From Blepharisma stoltei ATCC 30299 (taxonomy: Eukaryota; Protista; Ciliophora), in NCBI GenBank assembly GCA_965603825.1, contig CBFDEM010000015.1, positions 1-64,000 on the forward strand: DNA of 64,000 bases, in the 5' to 3' direction. Made by a program: the position numbers and the translations under genes. The notes beneath the pieces were generated by a model, which worked only from the letters and a program-made list of their open reading frames with translations, made no database searches and had not been told where the DNA came from. This document shows, piece by piece, positions 31,708 to 45,749 of the stretch (positions are counted from its first letter, which is position 1; each line of letters starts with the position of its first letter).

Positions 31708-34700
31708 TTACCAAACTGGCTTCTGGCACAGCAGTGCAACACCTCTCAGTTTCCACAAGTTTTGCTGTGGACTATCGCATCTCAGCTTGACATTGAAAAT
31801 GAAATATTTATCCGTTCGTTGCTTATACTTATAACAAGGACAGCTGTACATACCGAAATCTTCATAGTCTTTTCCTCCCTTAGTCTGTTTATCCTTAACT
31901 CTAGCTCCCACATAAATATTTGGCATATCCACATAAGTGTCTTTTCCAGTCAATTCTTCTAGTCTTCCTCCATCCTTGTTGTTATTCCACCTAGCTCCTT
32001 CCAAGAAGAGCCCTTTAATCAGGACTCCTTTTTCAGGGATATCTTTAGGCCTTTCTGATTTATCTCTGACTTCTGTCCTTTCTTCGACGTCGTCGAGAGC
32101 CCAGTTTTCGCTCTTCATTTGTCGGGTGACTTCTTGTTTGACTGCTGTTAAGAAGCCTTGAGGGTTGAAGAAGAAACCAAGGTTGTAAATTGGAGGTCTG
32201 CCGTCTTTCAACCAGTTTCCAAGTTGGGAGTTTCTGTCTTGGAGGCCACTGACCCAAGAGCCTAAAGTGGAGTCGAGCCATGAAATTTCACTTGCGTTGG
32301 CGTCGTACTGCCACTGCTTTGGCACTCTGGAGTCATAGATGGCGTCAGCTGCTTCTTGGAGTTCAGGGGTCAAGATAATATTACCAGCTCTGACTTCAAT
32401 TAAGTCATTAAGAGTCCTCCTTACGATTCCGATGACGTTTTGAAGCCTCATAATTTCTTGGAACAAGAAAATGTTAAGTGGGATCTTGAATCCGTTTTTC
32501 TCTTTATCAAGCCCTTTTGGCCCTGTAAGTCTTCTGACCATATCTCTGACGTCAGCTTCTATATAGTCTGCAGGCAGTTTAGAAAGATACTCCAATACAT
32601 ACTCATGCACAATATCATCTCTAGATTTGCCACTTGAAGCGTCACTTTCTTTAGGCTGCGTCATCTGGATTGTGGCTAAGACCTCGTTGCCTTCTCTTCT
32701 CCTAAATGTGATATCTGCGTTTTGGTTCAAAAAGAACAGGGATGGGCTTTCAAAGGCTGGAAGCATGCTGATTTGATCTCTGTATCTAGAAATTTCAGTG
32801 GAGTCAATCACTTTGTAAGAGTTATCACCAGTGCTGGGGCCTGAATTAAAGGAGAAACTGGTGCTCATAATACGCTCATCAATCCACTCAGCGCCAAATG
32901 CTTGGATTAGCTCAAAGTCTTTTTCATCAGTGATTCTACCTCCAAATTGGATGTCGCAGACCATAAATCTGACAATGTCCCAGTCTGGCTGGCTGTTTTG
33001 GGCCTCTTTTTGATTGACGTGGCGGTCTAAGAAAGTTAGAGAGGCTTCAAGATCAGAAGTGTTGAACTCGTAAGGGATGCACCAACCTAATGGACCGAAT
33101 TTTCTTCTTTCAATGATGACAGAATGCAGGAAGCAAATGGCGTAGGTTATTTTTCTCCATTTGTCAGTGTCGTGGCGTTCTAAGAAGTCTCCATCAATGG
33201 TGGTTGAAAAAGTCCTGGTAAGGCCAGCTTTAAGACCTTTAGGAGGCTCATCAGTAGCTTTGATAGCCATTTGCAGCAGTCCTATAGGGAAATTAGCTCT
33301 AGGCTCACAAGTAAGCCAAAGTCTGAAGTCGGGGTCAATTTCTTCTCCTTTGCCTAGTAAAGTTTCCATTCTTGCCATGAATTCTAAGCCCAAGTGACAG
33401 TTGTATAAGATGACCCAGCTTCCATTGAAAAAGCTTGCTTTCATAGCTTCTAATGCAATCACGTCTTGTCCTTCACCCATAGACACTTTTTCAATGTTAT
33501 GCTTGCGCTTCTTTTTGGCTAGATCTTCTATTTTGTTGGTAGGATCTGCACCCGGGGACAGCAAGTACAAGATGGGTACTCTGCAAGTACTTTCTTCTAA
33601 GATCTCTTCAATGCTATCAGCTACAGGCACCACAAAGTCTCTCCCTAGCATGCTTTCAATAAAGTCAATAGCACACATGCCGGTTCTGTCTTCTCTTAAA
33701 GACCTTACCAAAGTAAAGTGTATGAATTTGCCTATGCCTTGTTCAGACTCTATTGTTTCTCTATATTTCGGCACTGGTCGTTTTTCAGGAGTGTTATCGT
33801 CAAACCAAGCTTTCCACTCATTTTTCCTTTCTTCAATATCCTGAGGCAGATCGCTGAAAATGCACAAGTGCTCTTTTCCATAGTAATGTTTAGACAGCGC
33901 AATGACGTTTTTCCACACATCAATATCGAATAAATCAGAGCTCTTATTAGGAGGAATTGCGTTTTTATCAAGAGCTTTACCACCTTTCAGCAGCAAATCT
34001 ACATCAGTCTGTGTGAGTTTGCCACCGATGACTAAGATTTTCAGACAAATCATAAGTAGGAAGGTCAGCTTGTCCTTTTCAAAGAGACCTCTGTTAACGT
34101 ATCGGTAGGCGACATAGGTGAGCTTATTGGTGATATTTTTGACTCTGTCCTGGTTTGTGCTGGCTTTTTCAGCGATGTCGATACTTTCGTCGAATTTCTG
34201 CAAAAATTGGTTGAGGGAGGTGTTGTACATCCAGTTGACTGTACTCATTTCGACAATGCTGAAGTACAATAAGGAGCCTCTGGTGGCCACTGGCCTGTAA
34301 ATTTCTCTTTTCTCGTTGATATCGATCTGCTTTTCTTGGGCCTCGTCAAGTTTCACCTGGACTTCTTTAGCTTTGGCTTTGGTGTTGTTTAAGACCTCTA
34401 TAAGCTCAGTATCGTCAATAAGGTTTCCTTCGGTATTGGTCAGCCTTTCTAACAGGTTTTTGTTATATTGTTCAAGGGATTTAGCGTTTGCGGTGACTTC
34501 TTCAAGCAGCTGCTGCAATGATTCTTCTAGTGACCTCTGTTCTTTGCTGAGGACTCTTCCTAGAAGTTGTTGCTCAAGCCCACTAATAGTGACAGTGAAA
34601 TCAATGATGGTAGTTTTAGCAGCAAGCTCAGGCGAGAAGTGAGGATTTCCAAGCCTAGAAGTCATGAAAAGTTTGAACTCATCGTCCCACTCGATGCTTT

Positions 34701-37700
34701 GTCCTGATAAAGTGACGTATTTTTTCTTATTTTTTACAATGATTTGTTTTTCAAGAAGTGGGTCAAGCTCTGGGTCAACTTCGTTTTCAATATTTTCGAT
34801 TAGTAAAGACCTACCATTTTCCAAGCAGTTGCGGACCTGATCCATAAATTTGCCAGTTTGTGTGCAGATTGAAAGGTTTACGCCTTCTTTGCTGAGGATC
34901 CATTTGTAAGCTTGGCCTTGAGGGTCAATCATCAATGGGAATCTGCTAGCTCTGGTAACCATGATGCCATTTTGCGTGCTTAGATCATCTTTTGGAAGAC
35001 CTTGCAAGTTTCATTCTGAGACTGTAGTTTTTTCTACTAAGAAAGAAGTTAAATCGAGATTGTTGGAGACTGGGATTTGGCTAGAGTTGAGATCCTGAAT
35101 GAAATAGTCCTTCATCATCATTGTCCTAAACTCAGAGTTAAAAGGTCCACAGTAAGACATGAATGCGGTAGAGACTGCGACATCTCCAACTAGCCTTTTC
35201 TTCAAGTCTGCGAATCCTTTTGAGTCTTCAGTCCACCTAGCTTTTTCATCAGTAAGTCCTGAAATAAGCTTATTAGCTTGGTCAGTTTTTCTCTTCAGCT
35301 TATTCATATTTTCCTCGAGAGCTTTCTTTTTGCCGAGTTCTGTATTATAGTTGTCCTGCAGCTTAGCCAGCTTGTCTTGGGCTTCTTTCAGCTCTGCTTC
35401 TGCAGCTGCCAGTTCAGTCATAGCCGCTTCTAATCTTTGGTTCTGCACAGTCAAATAGTCCATCTTTGGTTTCACAATTTTAGAAGCTTCATGATACTGA
35501 GTCATAGCCCTGACCCAAATGCACAGCCCTTCAGCAGCTGCACTAGCTGATTTGGCCGCAGCTGCATTAAAGACTTCTAAGTTCAAATATGGTTCCAGCA
35601 GTTCACAAGTTTCATCATTAATATTATCCTTTTCTTTTTCTGAGAAATCAATAAGTTTCTGCAAGAACCTCGGATCAGTGATCATACTTTTGGCTGACTC
35701 ATCAAAGGAGTCTTGTATGAAGTCATAAAGAACGTTCTTTACTTTGATCTGTTTAAATGCGACTGGGACAATTGGAAGACTTAAAATGACCAACACACCA
35801 TCAAAAATAAGTCGAATCATATCGACTGGCGACTTGTTAGTTTTGACTTCATTGATATCTTTAGAGGTAATAGAGTCAACAGCTCTCATGGCGCTGTGCA
35901 AGAAAGGCAAGGCTTCTTGGAGCTCTCTGTCAGCTTCTTCTCTCTGCACACGGATTTCAGCAGCTTGTTGCTCACATTGGTCTTTTCTTTCGGCGACTTG
36001 GTCACTTTGTTTTTGTGCTTTGGATTTTTCGACATCAAGCGTTTTGACGAGCTGGTCTGTCTTTTGTTCAGCCTCGTGGATTTTTACTTTTTCAAGTTCT
36101 AGCTTGGTCTGCATTTCTTTAACGTCAGCTTCTGCTTGTTTTAGCTTGTTTAAGCCTAAGGCGACTCTTCGTTCTTGGCCTTCAAGGACCTCGACTTTCA
36201 TTTGGTAGACGGTTTTGTAAGAGGAAATGAAGGACAGATAGGACTTTGGTGTCACGTAGACGTACCTTCTCATCTTGTTATAATAGAGGGTGCAGACATC
36301 AGTAACCATGTTGTGGACTTTTCCCATGTGGGCTTCTAGATTGCCTTTGACTTCTGGGGTGGCGTGGATAGTGAAGTCAGATATAAAACTTTTAGAGACA
36401 CTAATAAGGGCTTCTTTAGGCCATGGCAAGAACCAATTGATGGTGGAGCCGTTGAAGATGGCTGGGAATTTTCTGAACCTTTCTCTGAACTTGTCACCGA
36501 CTGGACTGAAGCACAGGACAATGTGCAAATTGGCTCTGACTCTGTCTATAAAGTAATTGTAAAGGTCAAGGTTGGTAGGGTCAGGAGCTTGTGGCTTTTC
36601 TTTGCCATAATATGTTCTCATGTCAGCAAGAATAATTTCTCTGTCTTCTTTAGGCAAAAGACCAGCAACTTCTCCAGTTGACAGAATTGAGTTGATGAAC
36701 TCCAAGAAAGTTTCCTGCTTGATTTCAGAGTCAGTCATAATAAAAGTGGTTCTCTTTCCTTCGTGGCCTGACCATTTATAAAGCTGCAATAAATCAGCGA
36801 AAAGCGCGTTTTGGTTATAAGTCTTGGTCAGCTGGATCTGATGGGTTATATGTTTGCCTATAAACGCAGCCAATCTGGTCAAAGACTGTTTTCCAGATCC
36901 ACCTACACCAACGAGAAGCATATTTCCTCTATCCATCTGTATGGTGCGGGAAATCCTCAGCAAGTGTCTTATAGCGTCTTCGAAAAGAACCAAGTTCATA
37001 GTTTTGCCTCTGGAGTTTTCATTATAAGCATCCAAGAACTGCGTGATCTTTTTCTCAATCACAGGTATACTCTTAATGGCTTCGTATACTTTTGGTGCTT
37101 CTTCTTCTAATTCTCCATCTTCATTATACTTGTCTTTCCTTTGGAAATCACAGAAAAGGAGTCCTTCTCCGAGTTGATCTTCAGTTTCAGCTCCAAAGTG
37201 CTGTTCAGTGACATCTTTAAGCATGGCTTTGAGTTCTTCTTTATTGTCAAAGGTCGTCAGCTTGTCTTCAAAAACTCTTTGACACTCATGCTTCCAGAGT
37301 CCTACAAGGAAAACGCCCGGCTTAATGGTCCCAATGTTTTTGGCATTTTTGATGACTTCTCTACCTTCTCTAGTTTTGATGCATTCAAAGACCCCTTGGA
37401 AGACTCTTGAAAGTTCTCTCATGTTGAACAAGTAATGGAACTGCGAAGGAGTCGGCAAGAACCGCTTTTTGACTCTTTCCCATAGGGTAATTGTGCTTCC
37501 AGTAAGTTTATTTGCAATTGTGACGACATCTTCTCCAAAGTTTTTGGTAGTAAAAGCACTTCTGATGATAGTACCATAGATGTTATCGACTGATTCTTTA
37601 GATGGTAGGACCATATTGAAGCTGAAGAAGTGCCGTTTAAGCCTGCTTGGGATATCATTTCTGCCTCCTCCAGGATGGTTCATGGCAGCTATAAAGATCA

Positions 37701-40700
37701 AGTTCTCGATCTTTTTAAGCTCTCCGATCTTGTCTTTTTCTAAGAAATAGTACCCGCCCTGTTCAATCAGCTGTCTTACAATTTCTAGTGTAATCTGGTC
37801 GCCCCATTCATTGACAAACGGCATGCTGATATCATCAATAAACACAAGCAAAGTTTTATTGTTAGGTGGACAGTAGTTTCTGCCTGTTTTCTTTTCTAAA
37901 TCAGAGTCAATGGAGTCTTGGAACATCTTAGGGAGAGTCGCTGAGGAAAAGTTCATCTTCTTCATGACGGTGTTTTCTGGGAGTTTTTGGGTGTACATAA
38001 AGATCGTCGAAGTTTTGGCTGTACCTGCGCCTCCGACTAGCAAGACTTCTTTTCTCTGCTCGTGGGTCTTAGGGAGAGACATGATAAGCTTGATCAGGTA
38101 TTCAGCTCTGGTAGAGTCCATGGTTGGGATTAGCAATTGGGCAAAGGCTTGGCCTGGCTGTCGTTCCCAAGAGTCTGCAACCCATTTAACCCAATTCTTG
38201 GTGTTTGAATCAAACTTGTACTCATATAAGGTTTCGCCAGCTTCTACATTAGGTAGCGGAGCACCCATACCTAGCAGGTAATGATGGAATTTGTGCCTGT
38301 CTTCTGGCTCAAACATAGCGCCAATAGTCCATGTCATTGCGTATAAGAAAAGCCTTTCGTACTGGACTGGCTGCAATTCACCATCAGAAAACTGGTTTAG
38401 TAAAACAGTCAGCAATGTAATTAAGTTTGAAACCTGTACTGCATAGTTCTGAGGCATGACTGGAACCAGTTTATTGCCTGTCTTGTAAAGGTTTACCATG
38501 ATATTTTCATCCTTGAGATATTTCCCGACAAGTCTTTTAATGTGCGACATTTCTTGGACTCTGCCAGTTGTGGTGGCTTTTTGGGAAGATTCTCTGTTGT
38601 TGCACCAAGCTGTGACTATAGGTTCCCAGCCTAAGTCAGACTCAGACAGATAAATGATGCCGCAGCGGGACACAGTAGCTGGGGAGGCGTTTTTCAAGTT
38701 TTCCACCTCAAACACAAGTTTTACGTTATCAGTCATAGGAATTCTATCATTGTTTGCAAGGGTCAAAATCTTGGAGTCGTCAAGGACACTATTCAGTGAC
38801 TCGATCCACAAGGTATCAACAGGTCCATCACAGACAATCCAAGTGTTATATTTGTTAGCTCTGTTGTTATACCTTTGCCAAAGCTTGCTGAAGACCCCAG
38901 GCACCCATTCGTCAGTGACTTCAATTTTTCTGCCATACAATTCTTCAGCAGTCATAGCTTTCGGGTTCAATTTTTGTAGACGATGTGAGGTCCCTTCATT
39001 GGTGAGCACGGTTGTTAAAACATTGATGATGGTACTTTTGCCAGATCCTGTTGGCCCGACGATCATGAAGCCATGCCTGACTAGTGAAGTTTCATAGACC
39101 TGGATGATCTTTAAGAACCAGTCTTCATTTTTGATGATTTCGCATTCTTGAATTGTTTTGATTAAGCCTTGTTCGACATTTCCATGGTGAAGCTTAGGTG
39201 GCTCTGGTTGGTCTGGGAAGATATCTCTTAGTAGCTGTAAGAAAAGCGGCACATCATCAGCTACAAGTTTGGATAAGTTCATATCTCTGAGAGTTCTCAT
39301 CAGCAACATTTCTTCGTCTGCAGTCATTTCGTTACGCTTAATGTTACCTGCACTTCTTAGTACTGAGTTAATGTTTCTAAGTCCGAAATCGTAATGTTTT
39401 TGTTTAGAAAGCTGTTCTTCGCACAAAGCATAAAGGACTGTGAATTTCTTGGAGAGAGGGTCGTATTTATCGTAACCTTGGGCGGCGAGTTTGACTCTAA
39501 TGATGACTCTTCTGTTAGGAACCATCATAGCCACGCCTCTAAATAAGACTTTCATGTTTTCAGGAAGTTCTTGACGGCCGGCATAGCCAGGGTTCATAGT
39601 GATAAAGTAAGCTACAGAAGGGATTAAACTGATTGGCAAGCTTTCTCCAGGGAAAAGACAGGTCTTTTCTCTGTATTTTTTAGCTTTATTGATAGCAGCC
39701 ACTTGCATTGCGACGACAGACAGGACTTCTAGATAGATTCTGTTGAACTCGTCAAAGCAGCCCCATAGCCCAGATTGGCAAAGTCCTTTAAAGATAGTGG
39801 CCATGTCTTTGTATTTGTGCTGATTGGAGCAGTTAGTGACGACAACAAATACACCGAGTGTCCTTCCCATATCTTTGACAGTCTCTGTTTTGCCTGTTCC
39901 TGCAGGTCCAGCTGGCGCCCCTCCATAATTCATACCCAATGCTTGAGCCAATGTAATATAGCACCTATCCGTAAGCGGTGTAATGCACAGCCTTTCCTTA
40001 GTCCCTAAATATTCGTAAAGGTACTCAAAGTCTTGGTCAGTAATTGAAACAGTTAATGTGTCATTTCTCCAGGTTTGCCTTGTCCTCTTAAGCCACTCAA
40101 AGTTATTTTGAGAGTTTCCTTTCGAGCTTGCGTCTTTACCCAAGTTGCTAATTAGCTCATCAAGGACATCTCTTTGATACACATGCACAGTGACGATGGT
40201 CGTAATTTTAGTCCTTATCATGTCATTTGGCAAGTCTCCCAAAATCATATCTCTGATTTGGTCCCAAATTTCAGTCATTTTGTCTCTTTTAGAGTCTGCC
40301 ACTTTTCTGTCCTTAGCTTTTGACAAGCAGTCTTCTACGTGATATGTCCACAGCAGCTGCAGTCCTACAAGTGAAGCTTGGGCACAGTATCTCTGGGCGA
40401 AGTCTTTGTACTGCATCTGCATACAGTCGCGTGAGGCGTTTCTCAGTATATCTTTTACAGTCTTTCTCATTTCGTCTTCAAGTTTCTTCAGCCAGTCTTC
40501 TATGTTGCCTTCTGCTTTGACTGGGTCTGACAGCTCGATTAATTCGTAGTTTTTGCCGATTGAGCTCATCATATGGGTAATTAATTTTCGGTCTTTGGCG
40601 TCAAATTGGACTCTTGTGATAGCGTCAAACAGGTTTTCTAAGAAAGTCTGGATTGAGGTAGGTTCTGATCCTTGACTTAGGATACTCAAAAGGACAGGGT

Positions 40701-43700
40701 CAGACACGAAGAAGAACCTGGCGAACTTGTTTCGTTTGGCTTCTAAGTAGTTATCTAAGGATTTCTGACACGTTTCCAGTTTCTCTTTTAAGCTTGGCAG
40801 CAGGTTTTTAAGCATATCATTCTGACAAGCTGGGATGACCACTTGTGTTTCTACTGCTTTTTCCATGATTTTTACCCACATTTTGTCAGTGTTCTGGAAC
40901 AGTCTGGCTTCAGTAGGCATTTGTCGAGAAATATCACCTCCCATGAAGACAGGCTCTAAGCTTTGCCACATAATTTGGACTCTTTGCCAGAGATCAATGG
41001 TTTCGCTTACATCAGAATACAGGTTGAGACAGCTGACGACTTCAGTCTTGAACGGTGCTACATGCTTCATAGCGTTCATGGTCGTTAAGTCAGCTTGGGC
41101 TTCATCTAGAGCTTCCATGATTTCTGATACTTTTCCGCCTAGTCTACAAAGATAGTCTCTTCCTCTGAAGGTGTCAAAATCAAAGGTCTCTACAGTCCAT
41201 TTCGCTTTGATTTCTCCTAGTTTAATTTCAATTTTCAGCTGTTTGTCAGCTGATTCTATGATTTCTTCAATTTCTTCTTTAGATTTCAGCAGGTCTACTT
41301 CGAGGAGTTTTGATAAATAGAAAACTTCGTCATTTTTCTGTGTTAAATCGTGCCCAGTTACCTGTGACAGCTGATCCCAATGTCTTGGCTTAATTGACGG
41401 CTTACTTAAATCTTCTAGCAAAGGTAAAACTTGGATAAAGGTGTCAATTTCAGTCCTGAGTTCATTGTAAGCGTCCCATTCCTTTAGCTGTCTAGGAAGC
41501 TTCTTGCACATATTGTCGAAGTTAGTGACTTGGTCTGTCATGTCTGTTAGCTTGTCAACGGCATCGCTCCATATCATTTCTTTCCAAGAGTTGACAGTAT
41601 TGATAACTTGAACGTATAAGTCATATAGCTGAGTAAGTAGTCCCAGCTCTTTTTTGGTTTGCTCTAGTTCTGGGTACGGCTGATGTGGCAGGCCAAAGAG
41701 CTCTTCTCCTGCGTAGTAGATTTCGTAGTTTCTTTCTCTGACTGAGTATTCTTCCTTAAATCTTCTAAGTCTTTCGACTGCATCTCCTGGGTTAATTCCT
41801 TTGACCATTGGTCCATTTCTCTCGTAGTCTTTTCGGAAATCCCTTACATCAGAGACCAAAGCGCTGACATTTCTTATGAGTTCTTTCTTAAAGCTGTTTT
41901 GGGTTTCTTGTAGCTGGTTTTGCCTCTGTTCACCTAGTTCTACTAATGATTTCCATTTAGATTTTAGTATATGTCTATGATCTTGTTCATCTTTTTCCAT
42001 GCCAGTGGCAAGATACATGTCTAAAATGTTGTACATTTCTATGATTGGCTTAAATTCCAACTCAATTTCACCTTCTTTTTGCCTGACTTCTTTTAAGGTG
42101 TGCATGACATAACGTAAAGTGTCAATCCCAGTCACGTCTTTTTGGAGTTTTGCTTTAGTTTGGTTGATATACTCTAGGATGTTTTCCAGTCTACTTTTAG
42201 CACGCTTGTGAAGGTCTTTGGAAAACACAGCTTTCCAGTGGTGGACGTACTCTTTGAGGCCGTCTGCAATTGCTTTCGTTTTGAGAGCCATGGCACCGAT
42301 CTGGAAAACATCTTCGACAGTTTCAATATCGTGCTCTACTGAGGTGAAATATTTAAGTTTTTCTTCAAAATCGTCCAATGTAGGGTCTTTTTTATTAAAC
42401 TCTGACAGTTTTTTCTCTGGATCTTGTGTCCACAGCCACGAAAACCTCTGGAAAGATTCTAAATACTGTGTGACTGTATTTTTCGTCCCATGAATAGACC
42501 CAGTCAGGAGCAAAATGACTTTGACGATTTCTTTATCCTGAGCAATCATATCATAAAAGCTGTCCTTTTTCTCATTTTCTGCCTTGTCCTGTTGGAACCA
42601 GTTAACTACACTTTTTGAGCATTTCAATACTGCAATGGCAGCTCTGTTAATATGTTCCTGGACATCTTCAATAGAAGGCGTAATTTTTACCTTAACGTCA
42701 TCAGACCTCGACTCCAGATGCACAGTGACTTCAAAGAACGGCGACAACTGTGCTGGGATTGCAGCTCCCCTAGCTTTTTTCCCACAAACTCTTTCCTTCA
42801 TCGCATTTAGAGAGTTTTTGGTGCAATGTAGCAGTGCTTGGTACATAGTCCAGTTATAGTATTTCTTGAGCTTTACGACTTCATCTTGGTTTATAGGCTC
42901 TACATGCTGGTCAAGTGGGTAAGACTTAATAGTCTGCAGCAAGTCGTCGACCGCTCTTTCCACTTCTATATTTTTGCTCATTAAAAACTCAGTTTGGGTT
43001 TTCGCTGAGTTTCCTTGGAGTTCTACGAATTCGTCCTGGGTAAAAGTTTTGCTGTTTTCTGGCATTTCGACTAGTATAACTTTGCTGATCGCTTTTAGGT
43101 TGTTTTCTACTCTGTTTTCTATGATGTCGTTAATGCTGATAATCAACTGTTCTAATTTTTGAAGGCCGGAGTGGACGTGGTGAAGGTATCCGTCAATATT
43201 CATAGAGGTCCAGGTCAAAGTGACGATCCCAGGCCTGAGCTTATACTCTAAATCTTCCAAATGAGGGCCTAGCAGTGTTTTAGTGATCGGCCTGATTTTG
43301 CCTAGCACTCTTTCATATTCTTTAAGCAAATAGTCAAGCTCGCTATAGTAATGCTTGATTTTTTCTTCTTGGAGTAGTACAATTCTGGCACTTTCAGGGA
43401 TTTCGACGCCCATCCTATCTAAGCATTTAGCTTCTCTGATAAGTTGGAAAATTTCGTCGTCAAGGTTTACATAGAGCTTTTTGTCTTCGCTTGGCCAAAG
43501 TAACAGAGCGTGGAGGCCTGTTTTGCTTCTTTCGATTTCGTCACACCAGGCTCGCAAGTACATATACTCGAATAGGGTTAAGGTTTGTCCAATTCTGTTG
43601 TAAAGAGTTATATATGACCTGTGTTCTTTTCCGGTCTTGATCATATTGGGGAATTTCTCCATTGGGGCTTGGATTCTGTGGAAAAGATGTCTGGCCCAGA

Positions 43701-45510
43701 GAATGTTCCCAGCAACTGTGGGCATGTTTCTGACAAGTGGAGGGGCGGATTTGAACTGGTTGTATTGGGTCTTGATTTCATTCATTTCCATTCCGTAGTT
43801 GTGGAAAATGATGTTGTACTTATTATTAAGCTCAGTCTGCAGACTTCCTCTTTTCAGAATCGTCTCAAACTTTTTCAACAAATTAAGTGCATGATCAATG
43901 CTAGCGATTTTTTCAAAGCTTTTATTAATATAGCCTTGCAAGTCTTGCTCTAGTTTGCTAACTCCTACGTTGAATTCAACGAATCTTCTATCAAAATGGT
44001 TATGTGAGTAATCCAGTAAGTCATATCTGTGGTTTTTAAACTCTTCAATCAAGTTATTGAAGTCTTGAAGTAGCTTGTCCATGTCTTCAAACTTATGTTT
44101 TGCTAAAGACCTGAACTGGCGCACAATGGTGAAAAGGTCAATAAGTTTGGAAAGTCTTCTGCAGAACAAGTCGAATTTTCCAAAAATTTGGTTTTTGCTG
44201 AAATCAAATTGTTTTCCTTTCGGCATCGCCTGGAGTTTTTCTTTAGTAAGCTCGTATTGAGCTTGGTAAGCTTCTTTCAGCTTGATGCAGTTTTGCATGG
44301 TTTCGATCAGTTCGTCAGGGTCTCTCAGCCAAAGTTTGTCGACTGGTTTTCCTTGTAAAATAGTTTTCTTGCAAGTATTTATCATTTGGTTTGTAATTTT
44401 CATGAAAAGTTGGGTCATTTTTTCAGTGGTGTTGTAATATCTTGCAATGGTGTGGATCATTTTGACTGAGTTCATGAGTGCTGGCAAGCTGTCAATGATA
44501 GTCTGTGGAGTCCCTGTGTAGAGTGGCTCTATGAATTTCTCAAGTGTCGTCAAATATTTCACATTATCTTTGGCTTCATTTAAAGCTTCAGTGATCTTTA
44601 TATCTACGTTTTTCCATCTACTAAGCAGCATTGGGATATTTTCTTTAGACCTGCTTTGGTGCTCTCCAGAAGTCTTATTAGCCATATGTAGCACTGACTG
44701 TACATTTTTCACTTCTTTGGTCCTGGTCTGTTCATTGATGCTGGTCAATTTCTGGTTTCTGCTTCTCCAGTATTCTAATTCTGTATGTGGCCCTGCTTCA
44801 TTGCTTTCCCACCTGCTTTCAGTGCTTTCTTCTACATATGCTTCTATCTGTTGAATCCATTCGTCCAATAGTTTTTCATAATAAGACACTAGGACTTCAT
44901 TATCAGCAGCTTCCCTCAATTTTTCACTGATATTTTCAACCTCATATTCTTTGTCTGGTTTTCTCAGCCTTACTCCTCCTGACATGCTTTTTATGGCTTC
45001 TCCTAGCTCACTGGCAAATTTGGCTAATCCTGAGGTCAGCTCTAGCCTTTGTTCCTTATCACAATCTCCCCAGTCTGCCTCATCCATGGCATTGACCATG
45101 GGCACAAACGCTCCTGATATGATGGTATCAAGAGAAGAGATCGGATTGGCACCAATTTCACCGAACATGACTTCAGTATCATTATAAGCGTTGGTGTTGA
45201 CTGCTTTGCCTTCTGGAAGAGTGCGGTAGAAAAAGGCGCCTTTTGACTTAATCCTGACTGTGTCGCCATAAGTGAGGAAAAGGTGCAGCTCTTCTGAGGA
45301 CTCTACGTATTCGTCTTGGCCTGTAGGGATGTCGTTGGTCTGACGGTAGAATAGTAGCTTCGGAGGGCCGGCCCCTTTAAGGAAGTTGTTGATGACTTGG
45401 TATCTTTCTCGGTCTCGGAACCAGTCTTCCATAATGAGGTCGCTCATCTCAAAGCAATCAGCCAGGCATTGAATCATCCATTGGTGACGCTGATGCAGAG
45501 GGTTGGACAT
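31708..45510 (-). CDS. Axonemal outer-arm dynein heavy chain, gamma/DNAH5-8 type (4600 aa), one TGA=Trp
   Basis: P-loops GPAGTGKTE, GPTGSGKS, GGAGTAKT and GVGGSGKQS; C-terminal WKLRGVALLC. The two ORFs join in frame through TGA 35011-35013 in the conserved SE(W)NLQGLP motif. Confidence 0.95.
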
Positions 45511-45749
45511 TTATTATTATTAACTGCCATTCATTTGCGTGAGAAGTCGAGAATGTGCATAACCGTCATGGGAAAATTAAGGAATTTGATGGGGCTTAGA
45601 TTATACTATCAGCATGTCTATATAAGTTTTATAGAGGATTATTATAAATTGTGATAAGAGAAGGATATTATAATTATTAATTGAGGATTCGAAATATAAA
45701 GGGAAGTGTTTATTAAAAAGTTTATAGAAACTCATTAAATTTATTATAT

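Noticed and set aside
31708-45510. Split or pseudogenised dynein heavy chain, and the other TGA-broken genes as pseudogenes
   Set aside because: Breaks are always a single in-frame TGA, often at conserved Trp positions, with no other decay; recoding explains them all.
3880-45654. Numerous 60-160 aa antisense or alternate-frame ORFs over HYDIN, MCM3 and dynein
   Set aside because: Shadow ORFs produced by codon bias of the real genes; many start at TTG/GTG and show no domain features.
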